A stretch of DNA of 50,364 nt, from positions 1 to 50,364 of IMG/VR virus record IMGVR_UViG_3300029822_000014. One strand, given 5' to 3'. The notes beneath the pieces are model-generated. The model did not search any database. It was not told where the DNA came from and worked only from the letters and a program-made list of their open reading frames with translations. Positions 25,832 to 36,390 of the stretch are shown here, piece after piece; the stretch's first letter is position 1, and every line of letters starts with the position of its first letter. The DNA comes from a virus. The position numbers and the translations under genes were made by a program.

Positions 25832-28800
25832 GTGGTGGAGAATATAACAAAGAAAACAAGACTCGACAAACTTAATAAACGATTTCCAGTAGAATTAAAC
25901 ACCACCAACACTTCCAATATTTATCAAACCAACAAAGTATTCAGTAGAGAACTAATCAACCTCGAACACAACCGATATCTTACAAATAATATTAAAAGAT
26001 TAAATAGACCAATACGAATATGGAAAACACAGACCGCACCAAATGAGTACAGTATAAATTGTATTATCCAAATTCCAAACCTTAAAAGTGTAACTATTGC
26101 ATCAACAAATGAAACCTTAGAGTATAGTGATGAAAATATTACCTCAAAACTTCCACATATTGAAACATTTAGTGAAGTGGATCAAGTTGGTTACTATGAA
26201 TATACTTCACCAGTAATTAAAACTCCTGAATTAATTCCAAGTACACTTTTTAAGGTTACTGTTGAAACCTATGATGAATTACGAATCGTGAAAGGGTACC
26301 CTGAAATAAGTAGTAATACACTTAATTCTCTTAAAATTGAAAAGGAGAGAATAACCGATACTGGTTATGATTTAAATTTCAGTACAAGTTTAACTGGGAT
26401 TAAAAATGTACTTATAAGAAGTGTTAATACAGAAACTGGGAAGGAAACAAGTATAATAAATAATACTTACACTACCCCAATTAACACTTACAATTATAGT
26501 CACAGTATAAAAGAGGATAATAACTTGGAATATGAGTTTATAATCCAAACAAATGATTATGGAACCTACTATAATTCATATGATAATAATTCAAGTAACA
26601 TTAATCCTTATACACATGACTCTAGTTTAGATATTATAGGAGCATTATTAAATGTTCCACGAAGAAGATATATTAACAAATATGATTACACTAGTTTAAA
26701 TGATTATTACAAACACGTAGACCCTTCCAGTACTGAACCAACTTATTATAATCAAGTTGATGAATCCGATTATGATTATGAAAATCGTATACGATACTAC
26801 ATAACAAATTACAGTACTGGTTACTTGCCATGCTTAGAACTATTTAAACGGTTAAGTACTGAATCCGACCTTGTCAATCGTAAAGAGATATTGATAAGAC
26901 AAGATATTGATAATATGTGGGAAGAAGGATGCTTAGATTATGATGATGAATTAGAGAAACAGGATACACTTATAAGTTTCATGAACGATACTGATGCTAC
27001 CATAATGGAGGAGAAAATAGTTAAACTGAAAATAAGTACCACGGAAAACACTCCAGTAATTGATGGAACCATACACGTATTAATTGATGGTACAAGTTAC
27101 AATATACAAGTAAATAATGGTTACGCTACAAAAAAGGTAACATTTAGTACTCCTGGAGAATACCCAGTAACCGCCATATATAATGGAACCACGGAATATA
27201 ATAGTAGTACTAAGATAAATCAAACATTAATCGTGCATAAACGACAACCAACCCTAAAAGGATTAACTGTAACAGGTAAACCAGGAGCAACAATAGAACT
27301 CCAAGCCAACATCACCTACCCAAATCATTACATTAATAATAAGAAAATAATTGTAGATGAAGGAATAATTAACTTCTCAATTAATGGGAAAGTTGTAGGT
27401 TATGGTAGTGTAAGTAATGGAGTTGTGAAAACAAATTATACTATACCCGTCAATGCCTCTACTGTAAACACAATCGTGAAAGCATCATATAATGGTACAG
27501 ATTTATATGAAGCCTGCACAGATTATTTTAATATTATAATAAGACCTAACAAGATAGGTACACGCTTACAATCCTTTACGGTTCCTTGTAATATTGTAGG
27601 GGCATTACTTTATGATAAAACTGGTAAAGCATTAACTGGTAAAGCATTAAAGGTTCAAATCAATGGAATAACAGCTGATACAATAACATCAGACAGTACA
27701 AGAATATGTTACACCAGTAAACTAAATTATATAAAACAAGTTATTGATCCAGATACTGAAGAAATCACTACAGCAGGGGATGTAGTAACTCTTGTGTATG
27801 ATGGTGATGAATTTTATGAATCCTGTAATGTTCAAGTATATCCCCCCCTCAATACACAGGAGAAAAAGGTTCGGGATGTGTACTTTAAGTATGCTTATGT
27901 TTATCCTGGAATTGTAATATGTAAAGTCTACGATGAATACAATAAACCAGTAACAACTGGTAAACTTTATTTCAATAAGAATGGAAGCACAGTAAGTGGG
28001 GGAGAACAGAAAGTAACCAGTACAGGTTATAATAAGATACAATTCACCGGTTATAGTCAAACAGATGTATTAACCATTAGTTACTCAGGTGTAACAAATA
28101 AGTACAATCCTCATCTTGTTACAATTGATACAAGTGTAGACCTCTTATTAACTCCAACCCTCACATTTGGTTTCTATGATAGTACTGGAACAGCAATAAC
28201 TGATATTGATGCAGGAACAAAAATTTACCTAAAAGGAAAACTAACCTACAATACCACACCACTCAAAAACCAACCATTAGAAGTATGGATAGGCGATCAC
28301 CTCGCAATTAACAAGACAGCAGATGTGAATGCAACAACCGACAATAATGGGGAATACTCAATTCCATATACTCCAACAAAAAGTGGATTACTAAGTATAA
28401 CCTTAAAGTATCCTGGAAACGATAAATACAAAGCCGTAACCGTAACTAATAGTTTAAGTGTTGTTACAGTTAAATTAAATACTAGCATCACACCAGTAAG
28501 TAAAACCTCAACCAGTTTCACTTTTGGATTGTATGATAGTAATGGTTTAATCGTGAATGGTAAAACAGTAAACGCTACCGTAAACGATGAAGTACTCGAC
28601 ACAATAGTAACTGATGGAGCTAACACAGTAATCACATTACCAACTAATCCAGCAAGTGATATAGTACTCAAATTTGATGGAGATGAAAACTACAACTCAA
28701 CATTATTTAATGTAACACAATGGAATCCTGGAAGTGTACCTGAACAAGAAACAGATATAGACCCAATAATAACAGTAACATCAACCAATCCCAGTTTTTA

Positions 28801-30913
28801 TGTTGGAATGAATTTGGATCTTCATGCACAAATTCTTATACCGAATATGAATCCTGGAGAAGATTATGTTAAAGGTTCAGGTTTACATTTAACCCTCACA
28901 GAGAATGGTGTAATCGTCCTTTCAGGTGTTACTGATACGAATGGTGAATTAATTTTTAAAAAGGCTAACCTTACAGCTGGTACATACTCTTATAAGGCTA
29001 CAAGTAAAGCTTATGGGCACATTCAAACAGGTACTAGTACGGATTATACTTTCACATTACTCCCTGATAGTGAAACTATACAAGACACAAAAACAAGCCT
29101 TACAAGTAATGTTAATGGTACTGTGATTCATGTAGGGGGTACTGTAAAGTTAAGTAGTAGTACAGTTGGAACAAGTGGGGCGGTTAATAGTGGTGATGTT
29201 AAATTTTATAAAGAAATAGATGGAACACAAACATTATTAGGCACTGTAACCGTGAACAGTAAAGGAGTAGCTGAATACAGCTTCACACAAACTAAAACTG
29301 ATGCAACTGTGAACAAACAACACTTTTACACTGTATATGTGGGTACTACTCAGTATCGTACAAGTACAAGTCAAAACAGTACTGGAAACTATTACTATAC
29401 AAGAATAGCAACAACAACAAGTATCGGAATGTATAATGGAGAATCATCAAATATCTTAACTGGACAAACTGCACATATTACTGGAACAGTACATAATGCT
29501 CCTGACTCTGAAGTAACAAACAATATCATACAAGTATCCGATAATGGAACCCATATCTTGGATATTGGTTGGTCAGAATCAGTGAGTGGAAGCTATAATT
29601 ATAGTACTACAAGTGCAGGAACACATATAATTCATGCTAAATGGACTGGTGATGGAATATATGAAGCATCCGAAGCTAGTATGATAATAACTGCAAGTAG
29701 TGGAAAAGCCACTTCTAATATAACCATAAATACAACAACAATTTATTATGGGGAAAACATCACCGCAAACCTAACCGCAAATGGTAACAGTTTAAGTGGG
29801 GCAACATTAACCTTCAATGTTAATAATAGAACCTTAAGTGCTACAACTGATTCGAATGGTAATGCTTCAGTAACTACAGCCGGTATACCAGACATGGGGC
29901 AAGGAGATTATACTATAAGTGTAAATTATGAAGGAAATGAAGCTGTTAACCCTAAAAGTACAAGTAAAACTATTAGTGTTAAAAAGCATAGTACAAGTGT
30001 AAATATATTACAAACAAGTATTAATCGTTGGGATAACTTACAAGTACAACTCTTAGGTGATCATGGGGAATACCTTGGTGCTCAAGTAATTAATTATAAT
30101 ATTACATTTAAAACTGGATTTAAATCCTATGCAGTTACTACTAGTGGGGGTGATGGTATTGCAAACTTAACTATTGGTGCTGAAGCTCAAACACTTAGTG
30201 TTAGAGCTGTGTATGGGGGTAATCAATACTACAATGGTAATGAGGATACTAAAAGTGTTGTTGTTGCTGATTCCTGTAGTTTAAACTTTACTAGTAAAAC
30301 TGTAGTGTATAAGGAACCTTTAACTGTAAGATTAACTAGTAATGGTGATGGTACAGGTGTTAGTGGAAAAAGTATTACTTTAAATCTTGGTAATAGTGAT
30401 GGGAATAAGAATTATTACTTAACCACAGATAGTAATGGTTATGCTTCTTTAAATGTTACTACTAATCCAAGTAAAGGATTAACAGCAAATGCAACATTTG
30501 GAGGGGATAGTAATTATAATAGTGCCACTACTGGAACTCAGAGCATAGATTATCAACGCCGTGACAGTGCAGTTTATACCAATATTAACAGTTTAAAAGT
30601 TGGGGGTACCTTGAATGGTATACTTTATGATTTAAGTGACCAGACAATTGATGGTAAAGCATTGAGTAATTGCACACGATTAAATAACTTAAATATGCCA
30701 GTAACCTTAACAAGTAAAGTTACAGGAGCAGGTAAAACCTATGATAGTAGCTTAGCCACAAATTCAAGTTATAATACTTATACTAATGAATTTGGGCAAA
30801 GTTGGATTAAAGTCAATATTGTAGGACAATTAACCTATCAGTATGTATTTGGTGGTAATGATTATTATAAAGGAAGCAGTAGTAGTGTTATAGATTTAAA
30901 TGTTACAAATTAA
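25832..30913 (+). CDS. Giant tail fibre/adhesin: baseplate-attachment N-terminus + ~13 Ig-like repeats
   Basis: 1693 aa, GTG start. The N-terminal ~400 aa contain LDIIGALLNVPRRRY (gpI/Mu gp48-like, low confidence). A recurring ~90-aa unit ends in motifs such as VTAIYNGTTEYNSS, VKASYNGTDLYEAC, LKYPGNDKYKAV, VNYEGNEAVNPKS, AVYGGNQYYNGN and ATFGGDSNYNSA. Confidence 0.7.
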   Translation: MVENITKKTRLDKLNKRFPVELNTTNTSNIYQTNKVFSRELINLEHNRYLTNNIKRLNRPIRIWKTQTAPNEYSINCIIQIPNLKSVTIASTNETLEYSDENITSKLPHIETFSEVDQVGYYEYTSPVIKTPELIPSTLFKVTVETYDELRIVKGYPEISSNTLNSLKIEKERITDTGYDLNFSTSLTGIKNVLIRSVNTETGKETSIINNTYTTPINTYNYSHSIKEDNNLEYEFIIQTNDYGTYYNSYDNNSSNINPYTHDSSLDIIGALLNVPRRRYINKYDYTSLNDYYKHVDPSSTEPTYYNQVDESDYDYENRIRYYITNYSTGYLPCLELFKRLSTESDLVNRKEILIRQDIDNMWEEGCLDYDDELEKQDTLISFMNDTDATIMEEKIVKLKISTTENTPVIDGTIHVLIDGTSYNIQVNNGYATKKVTFSTPGEYPVTAIYNGTTEYNSSTKINQTLIVHKRQPTLKGLTVTGKPGATIELQANITYPNHYINNKKIIVDEGIINFSINGKVVGYGSVSNGVVKTNYTIPVNASTVNTIVKASYNGTDLYEACTDYFNIIIRPNKIGTRLQSFTVPCNIVGALLYDKTGKALTGKALKVQINGITADTITSDSTRICYTSKLNYIKQVIDPDTEEITTAGDVVTLVYDGDEFYESCNVQVYPPLNTQEKKVRDVYFKYAYVYPGIVICKVYDEYNKPVTTGKLYFNKNGSTVSGGEQKVTSTGYNKIQFTGYSQTDVLTISYSGVTNKYNPHLVTIDTSVDLLLTPTLTFGFYDSTGTAITDIDAGTKIYLKGKLTYNTTPLKNQPLEVWIGDHLAINKTADVNATTDNNGEYSIPYTPTKSGLLSITLKYPGNDKYKAVTVTNSLSVVTVKLNTSITPVSKTSTSFTFGLYDSNGLIVNGKTVNATVNDEVLDTIVTDGANTVITLPTNPASDIVLKFDGDENYNSTLFNVTQWNPGSVPEQETDIDPIITVTSTNPSFYVGMNLDLHAQILIPNMNPGEDYVKGSGLHLTLTENGVIVLSGVTDTNGELIFKKANLTAGTYSYKATSKAYGHIQTGTSTDYTFTLLPDSETIQDTKTSLTSNVNGTVIHVGGTVKLSSSTVGTSGAVNSGDVKFYKEIDGTQTLLGTVTVNSKGVAEYSFTQTKTDATVNKQHFYTVYVGTTQYRTSTSQNSTGNYYYTRIATTTSIGMYNGESSNILTGQTAHITGTVHNAPDSEVTNNIIQVSDNGTHILDIGWSESVSGSYNYSTTSAGTHIIHAKWTGDGIYEASEASMIITASSGKATSNITINTTTIYYGENITANLTANGNSLSGATLTFNVNNRTLSATTDSNGNASVTTAGIPDMGQGDYTISVNYEGNEAVNPKSTSKTISVKKHSTSVNILQTSINRWDNLQVQLLGDHGEYLGAQVINYNITFKTGFKSYAVTTSGGDGIANLTIGAEAQTLSVRAVYGGNQYYNGNEDTKSVVVADSCSLNFTSKTVVYKEPLTVRLTSNGDGTGVSGKSITLNLGNSDGNKNYYLTTDSNGYASLNVTTNPSKGLTANATFGGDSNYNSATTGTQSIDYQRRDSAVYTNINSLKVGGTLNGILYDLSDQTIDGKALSNCTRLNNLNMPVTLTSKVTGAGKTYDSSLATNSSYNTYTNEFGQSWIKVNIVGQLTYQYVFGGNDYYKGSSSSVIDLNVTN
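27620..27649 (+). repeat. Perfect 15-bp tandem duplication inside the giant fibre gene
   Basis: ACTGGTAAAGCATTA x2 (protein TGKAL-TGKAL). Confidence 0.9.
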
Positions 30914-30935
30914 TATAAAAGGAGATTAGAATAGA

Positions 30936-31469
30936 ATGGCAACATATACAGAAGAAACAGGATTAAATAGTAATGGTGATGCAGCAATAACCATCACCAT
31001 GTTTGATGATGATAAAAACCCAATAGATTACACCGAGATAAGTGCAAGTAACTCAGATAATGCTTATGCGAAACAAGTACTTGTAGGTACAGAAGGAAAA
31101 AGTGGAAGCCTCACAGTATACCGTTCAGGTCGTACTTGTGTTTTAAAAGGTATAAATTATGATTTAAAGATTAATGGTCCTGCAAGTTTCTATAAGAATA
31201 CAGCATTCCAATTAGAAGAAAAGTTTAGACCTGAACTTGATTGGTACTCATATAATTGTTGTATTGCTTATACTAGTTGGAATGATACTAGTATTGCGAA
31301 TGGTACAGGACAAGCACTAAATTCCCCTTTAAGTAGTCAGGAAGCTTACGCGATTAGTATACTCGTGGATGCGAACGGTTACTTGAATGGGAAACTTCAC
31401 AGATACGGTTTCACCACAGAAGGTTCAAGCGTATTAGTTAATTTCGAGATTACATGGTTAAAAGATTAA
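30936..31469 (+). CDS. Hypothetical fibre-associated protein
   Basis: 177 aa; SD aaAGGAGattagaatagaATG; in the fibre gene block. Confidence 0.5.
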   Translation: MATYTEETGLNSNGDAAITITMFDDDKNPIDYTEISASNSDNAYAKQVLVGTEGKSGSLTVYRSGRTCVLKGINYDLKINGPASFYKNTAFQLEEKFRPELDWYSYNCCIAYTSWNDTSIANGTGQALNSPLSSQEAYAISILVDANGYLNGKLHRYGFTTEGSSVLVNFEITWLKD

Positions 31470-31473
31470 ATAG

Positions 31474-32079
31474 GTGAGAATGATGAGTAAGTCATGCTCA
31501 CGAAAATACCAACGAACCCCAGAAAACTATAACAGTTGTTGCTATGATTTATACATGGATTACGCAAGTATCCCAAGTAATATATCCAAACCTGAAGGAG
31601 AAGACATCAGTAAACTATTAAAAGATACTATGCCCATTGCAAAGAAAGTATTCTTCAAGTATCAAACAGATGAATTAACACCAAGTAATAGTTTTAGTAT
31701 CCAAACTAGTTACAGTATTGGATACTTAACCCCCTCTTTAACAATTGATAAGGATTCAATAACAAGTGTCACGGATAATGTCAGCATAAATGGAACACAA
31801 GTCATAACAAATAATGACAACCCATGCACCATAAAAACCAACAACATACCATTAAGAGGAACAAATCCAATCGTATACGCCACCACAACTGGAAAGAATC
31901 TTGACATAACCATCATGGATACTAATACGAATAAGCAAATCATGAAAGCAACCAATTTAGATGAATTAGGTAACATCACCCCTACTGGTTTGAATGTTTA
32001 CTGCCTTATCAATATCCCAAAAGATGGATACTTCACCGAGTTCGAGTTATATACAAAAACAATAATCAAGGAGGTTTAA
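31474..32079 (+). CDS. Hypothetical fibre-associated protein
   Basis: 201 aa; GTG start in the track (ATG alternatives 6-9 nt downstream). Confidence 0.5.
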   Translation: MRMMSKSCSRKYQRTPENYNSCCYDLYMDYASIPSNISKPEGEDISKLLKDTMPIAKKVFFKYQTDELTPSNSFSIQTSYSIGYLTPSLTIDKDSITSVTDNVSINGTQVITNNDNPCTIKTNNIPLRGTNPIVYATTTGKNLDITIMDTNTNKQIMKATNLDELGNITPTGLNVYCLINIPKDGYFTEFELYTKTIIKEV

Positions 32080-32084
32080 ACCGT

Positions 32085-32753
32085 ATGAATGTTAAAGGAG
32101 AATACGAGTTCACATTAAACTTTACCAATATGTTCATAAATGTATCATTACCCCTATATCAAAGCACCAATTTAGTAGTAAATACAGGAATAAAATATTT
32201 TTTAAATCGTCTAATTAACGATGATTATGGTAGGATAAATGCAGTAGCATTAGGTACTGGAACGGATTCACCAATCCTAACAAATACAAGTCTACAAAAT
32301 GAGACAAGTAGAAACAGTCCACAAAAAAATGTAATCGACAACACAATATATTTAAAAACAATATTCAACAGTAACAACATCAACGGCACCACCGAAATAG
32401 GAGTCTACGCCGATGATACAATACTAATAAGTCGAGATGTTTACATTAACGATTTAATCATACCAAGTAATAGTACAATAGCATTAACCTACACTTACAA
32501 TATTGGAACAGGAGAAGAAATAACAGACTGGGCAAAATATATGGAGAAAGATTATGTATACACCACTGTCCGAGTAACAAATCCAAGAAACATACTCGAA
32601 GACCACGTTAATGGTTACGTTAAAAGATTAAACCTCGAAGAAGTATCAACCAAACCAGGCAGTTACTACTATGATGAAAACTTAAAAACCATATACATAC
32701 ATTGTAGTGACAGTCAACCCGCAAAAAATCATACAATACAAATTAACTATTAG
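32085..32753 (+). CDS. Hypothetical fibre-associated protein
   Basis: 222 aa; SD caAGGAGGtttaaaccgtATG. Confidence 0.5.
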   Translation: MNVKGEYEFTLNFTNMFINVSLPLYQSTNLVVNTGIKYFLNRLINDDYGRINAVALGTGTDSPILTNTSLQNETSRNSPQKNVIDNTIYLKTIFNSNNINGTTEIGVYADDTILISRDVYINDLIIPSNSTIALTYTYNIGTGEEITDWAKYMEKDYVYTTVRVTNPRNILEDHVNGYVKRLNLEEVSTKPGSYYYDENLKTIYIHCSDSQPAKNHTIQINY

Positions 32754-32765
32754 GAGGAAAAATAT

Positions 32766-35156
32766 TTGACAGATTGTAATAACAATTATACACCAATCCA
32801 AGCAGAAAACTTTGGAGAAGGAAAAAAAGTAACCAGTAAACTATTACGAAACCTGGGAGAAAACTGCATCTACCTCAAAGACCAAACAGAACAATTATGG
32901 GATAATACCGACCCACAACCAAGAGTTAATTTCACCCCCATCGCTATGGATCCAACAAAAAGTTATGGTGTAATGGAAGAAACAGTTAATGGTATACCCT
33001 GCTATATGTTCAATACATCAACAAGTTTTCATGGTTCAACATTGTTTCGTAACTTGAATACGATAGATGAAACAAAGACAACTGCACAAATAAATACGGG
33101 GGATGGTGATGCAACTATACCCCCAGTAAAAGCAACAGATATAACCCTTGACTTTACAGACACCCTCAATGGTCCATGGGGTAGTATGATTGCGAATGAA
33201 TTCTGGTATGTAAGTTACAGTCGTACACAACCATACATCACAACAAGTGAAATCCTTACAAATCAGGATAGTACCAAAATCCCTGCAGTGTGTCGTGCAC
33301 AAACCTTTAAACCAACCAAAACTGGATATTTAAGAAGATTAAGTTTAAACCTCCATGCAAACAAAGATGCACAATACCCATTAATCGTAGAGATTTATGA
33401 TGCGAATACTTACCCATACAAGAAACTTGCAAGTACTACTTACAGTTTTGACTCCAATACGGGAGGAATAGTAGCGATACCCTTCCAGAATCCAGCATAC
33501 CTCACAGCTGGACAAAAATACAGTTTCAGAGTAAGAAGCCCATTAACCACTTTCGATAAATCCTACGCCATCGGTGGATGGAGTAAAAACTGTGAAAACA
33601 ATTCCTACTCAGGATATAATGGTGGAGATGCTTGGTTATCAGAGGATAATGGAGCAACATGGATAGCATTCGGTAAAGATGAAAACGTATCTTACCATGA
33701 TGGGCAAAAGAAACCCCAAGACTTTGCATTCCAATTAGGAATCGACACAGGAACCAAATCATATGACACGGCTAATACTTACTATGTCTATTTCAAACCA
33801 TTACGAATGGATCCATTAGTCCAAGCAAAGATAACTATAACTGGACGGAATGAAAGTGATGCGGATAATAATGTTAAAACTTCATGGCAATTCCAATACA
33901 GTGTAACTGGACTTGATGGGGATTGGATTAATGTAAGTGCAAGTGATACTATTGATTTTAGTAATAACTTCCCTACAACATTATTTTTACGTTGTGCAAT
34001 GAGTACTACTGCGAGTGGTTACACTCCTCATTTACAAGGAGTGGAATTATCCTGTACTTGTCAAAGACCATTAGAAGCATACTTACGTACAGAATTTTAT
34101 AGACCACCAACAAGTAACAGTTTCCTTAGCCCTCACTTATGGGCGAAAGCTAATGCCCCTTACATTACAATGGGAGATGCAACAGTAGGAGTAGACCTTA
34201 TAAGGGATATGGTTCATGTGGAAAACATTACATTAATCACAGTTACAGATATTACCCCATATTTAACCACGGATAGTTTAGTACACCTTAATGATAGTAC
34301 AGCTACTAATTATATGGAATATTATACGGCTGATGAAGTAGCAACTCTTATCACTAGCCTACAAACTAATAGTGTTATAAGTGCAGATAAAGTCAATACA
34401 TTCCTATTAACCGAAGATGGTATAGGATTAGTTGAATACTTAAAAGAACACAGTATATACTTTAATACTACCACTAGTTTCACATTAGGCACCTCACCTG
34501 CTTATCCGATGATTTATTGTAAATTACAAAAACTTGACGGTACTGGTTATGAGGAGTATGGGGAATCCTACGATTACTCAGTGGATTATGATAATGATTT
34601 AATAACCTTCTATGATAATAGTACTGGCACACAATTAACCACACTACCAGCAGGAACCCTTACAATAGAGTACAATCCAGTCTATATTAAAGACTTAACA
34701 AATGACGATTTCCAAACAGAGGAAACCATGATAGATGATACTTTAAGCACTATTGGGGTTACTCAAGGAGAAGGATTCCACCTCGATTATCTTGTAGAAA
34801 CTTTCACGATTGGTACGGATAGTGATACTGATGCGAATAAGGATGGGCAATTCCAGTACAAGACAAGTGTATTACCCATGCAAGCGATACGATGTTTGAA
34901 ACTTTATCCTGATACTACAGCTGAAGCAATACTTTATGAGGGTGAGATTTATGATTATACAGTGGATTACACTACTGGGATTATTACTTTTAATGAGTTG
35001 TATAATACTCAAGATTTAAGCATACCCGCCGAAGTACATTACACCCCATACCTCACAGAGGGGGGTTTAGCATTCGCTTACAGACTTAAAAGGGAGAATA
35101 ATACGGATAATAATCAAGCATACCTTTATCCGAACAGTTTCGATTTCAGAGTATAA
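32766..35156 (+). CDS. Large distal fibre / receptor-binding candidate with one BNR/Asp-box motif
   Basis: 796 aa; AGGAGG SD + TTG start; LSEDNGATW matches S-x-D-x-G-x-T-W. Confidence 0.5.
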   Translation: MTDCNNNYTPIQAENFGEGKKVTSKLLRNLGENCIYLKDQTEQLWDNTDPQPRVNFTPIAMDPTKSYGVMEETVNGIPCYMFNTSTSFHGSTLFRNLNTIDETKTTAQINTGDGDATIPPVKATDITLDFTDTLNGPWGSMIANEFWYVSYSRTQPYITTSEILTNQDSTKIPAVCRAQTFKPTKTGYLRRLSLNLHANKDAQYPLIVEIYDANTYPYKKLASTTYSFDSNTGGIVAIPFQNPAYLTAGQKYSFRVRSPLTTFDKSYAIGGWSKNCENNSYSGYNGGDAWLSEDNGATWIAFGKDENVSYHDGQKKPQDFAFQLGIDTGTKSYDTANTYYVYFKPLRMDPLVQAKITITGRNESDADNNVKTSWQFQYSVTGLDGDWINVSASDTIDFSNNFPTTLFLRCAMSTTASGYTPHLQGVELSCTCQRPLEAYLRTEFYRPPTSNSFLSPHLWAKANAPYITMGDATVGVDLIRDMVHVENITLITVTDITPYLTTDSLVHLNDSTATNYMEYYTADEVATLITSLQTNSVISADKVNTFLLTEDGIGLVEYLKEHSIYFNTTTSFTLGTSPAYPMIYCKLQKLDGTGYEEYGESYDYSVDYDNDLITFYDNSTGTQLTTLPAGTLTIEYNPVYIKDLTNDDFQTEETMIDDTLSTIGVTQGEGFHLDYLVETFTIGTDSDTDANKDGQFQYKTSVLPMQAIRCLKLYPDTTAEAILYEGEIYDYTVDYTTGIITFNELYNTQDLSIPAEVHYTPYLTEGGLAFAYRLKRENNTDNNQAYLYPNSFDFRV

Positions 35157-35173
35157 CAAGGAGGGAAAATATT

Positions 35174-36199
35174 ATGACTTATACAGATTTAAGTAAAAGT
35201 ACAAGTAGAATAACATTAGCAAAGTTTAAAGAGATTAAAGCAAGAGTGGACAAATACCTAAGTGATGGGGGTAAAGTTACAAGTACCTCAAGAGTGTGTC
35301 CTGATCACCCAGACCCCTCAACATATATACTTTATTCACAGTATTTGAATATGTTAGCACGGTATAATGCTTTTATTAAGAAGAATGGTCGTGAACCTAA
35401 AACTTTACAAATCTATGTAGATGCCACTAATCTAAGTAGTACAGGTGCAAAAATACCATTAGCAACATTCTTAGATATGAAAGCACGAGTTAATAGTTTT
35501 ATTGCGAATGGTGGAAAAGCCGATAATGATAGAAAAATATATTTAGATTATACTACCCAGATGGATTATGTGGTATATTCAGAGTACTTGAAAATGTTGA
35601 AAAAGTATGATGCCTATGTAATCAAAAATGGTAGACAACCAAAATATATTTCAACATCAACAACTCCATCCGATACAACAGATACTGAAGTTAAAACAAG
35701 TGACTGTTACAGCAGTCCACGATGGTTTAGTGGAAGCGAAATTGTACAAGACACATTATACTACTGTGGGTGCAATACAGTACAACAAATCCTCAAAGAA
35801 CTAACAGACATATTTTATAGTGAAAAAAGTTTAGCAAGGATCATGGGAACAACAACAAATGGTACAAGTCCAAACGAAATGGTATCATGTTTAAAGAAAT
35901 TATTAACCCAAAATGGATATAAAGTAAAAACTTGTAAATGGGTATATCTTAGCGATTATACTTGGGATAATATTGGTAAGATGATAGCAGACCCTAAAAT
36001 AGGTATAGGATTACATAGTGTGTATAAATTACGGTGGGGGCATTACGAATATTGTATTAAGTTATGTAAAAGTACTGAAACTATTACAATTGCTCAAGGA
36101 TTAAGTGGGGGATACATTCAAAATAGAAGTTTCACTACTATGAAGAAATATGCTAATGCTGCAAGCTACCCTTCACTTTTAATTGTTGAAGTAGCATAA
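35174..36199 (+). CDS. pei: Pseudomurein endoisopeptidase (PeiW/PeiP-like endolysin): two pseudomurein-binding repeats + C-terminal cysteine peptidase
   Basis: 341 aa. Internal duplication: (ITLAKFKEIKARVDKYLSDGG...YSQYLNMLARYNAFIKKNGREPK) and (IPLATFLDMKARVNSFIANGG...YSEYLKMLKKYDAYVIKNGRQPK) fit the PMBR pattern. The C-terminal domain has YYCGCNTVQQ (Cys198) and RWGHYEY. Confidence 0.8.
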   Translation: MTYTDLSKSTSRITLAKFKEIKARVDKYLSDGGKVTSTSRVCPDHPDPSTYILYSQYLNMLARYNAFIKKNGREPKTLQIYVDATNLSSTGAKIPLATFLDMKARVNSFIANGGKADNDRKIYLDYTTQMDYVVYSEYLKMLKKYDAYVIKNGRQPKYISTSTTPSDTTDTEVKTSDCYSSPRWFSGSEIVQDTLYYCGCNTVQQILKELTDIFYSEKSLARIMGTTTNGTSPNEMVSCLKKLLTQNGYKVKTCKWVYLSDYTWDNIGKMIADPKIGIGLHSVYKLRWGHYEYCIKLCKSTETITIAQGLSGGYIQNRSFTTMKKYANAASYPSLLIVEVA

Positions 36200-36220
36200 A
36201 CTTTATATACTTCAAAAAAA

Positions 36221-36270
36221 AGAATACTAATTAAGTTGTTTGTATTCTGTTTTTGAATACTTTTATTTTT
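36221..36270 (+). terminator. Terminator-like region with two mutually exclusive hairpins, each followed by a T-run
   Basis: AGAATAC (36221-27), GTATTCT (36242-48) and GAATAC (36255-60). Segment 2 can pair with 1 or 3. It is followed by gttttt, and segment 3 by ttttattttt. Confidence 0.4.
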
Positions 36271-36390
36271 GATTTGTAGTTATTTGTAGTAACTATAAAT
36301 CATATTTGTTTACTTATTCTTCACATATTTGATAATCCTTAATAACTCAAAAAAAGGAAATTATTCTATTTTTTTTACTTTAAACCAAAA

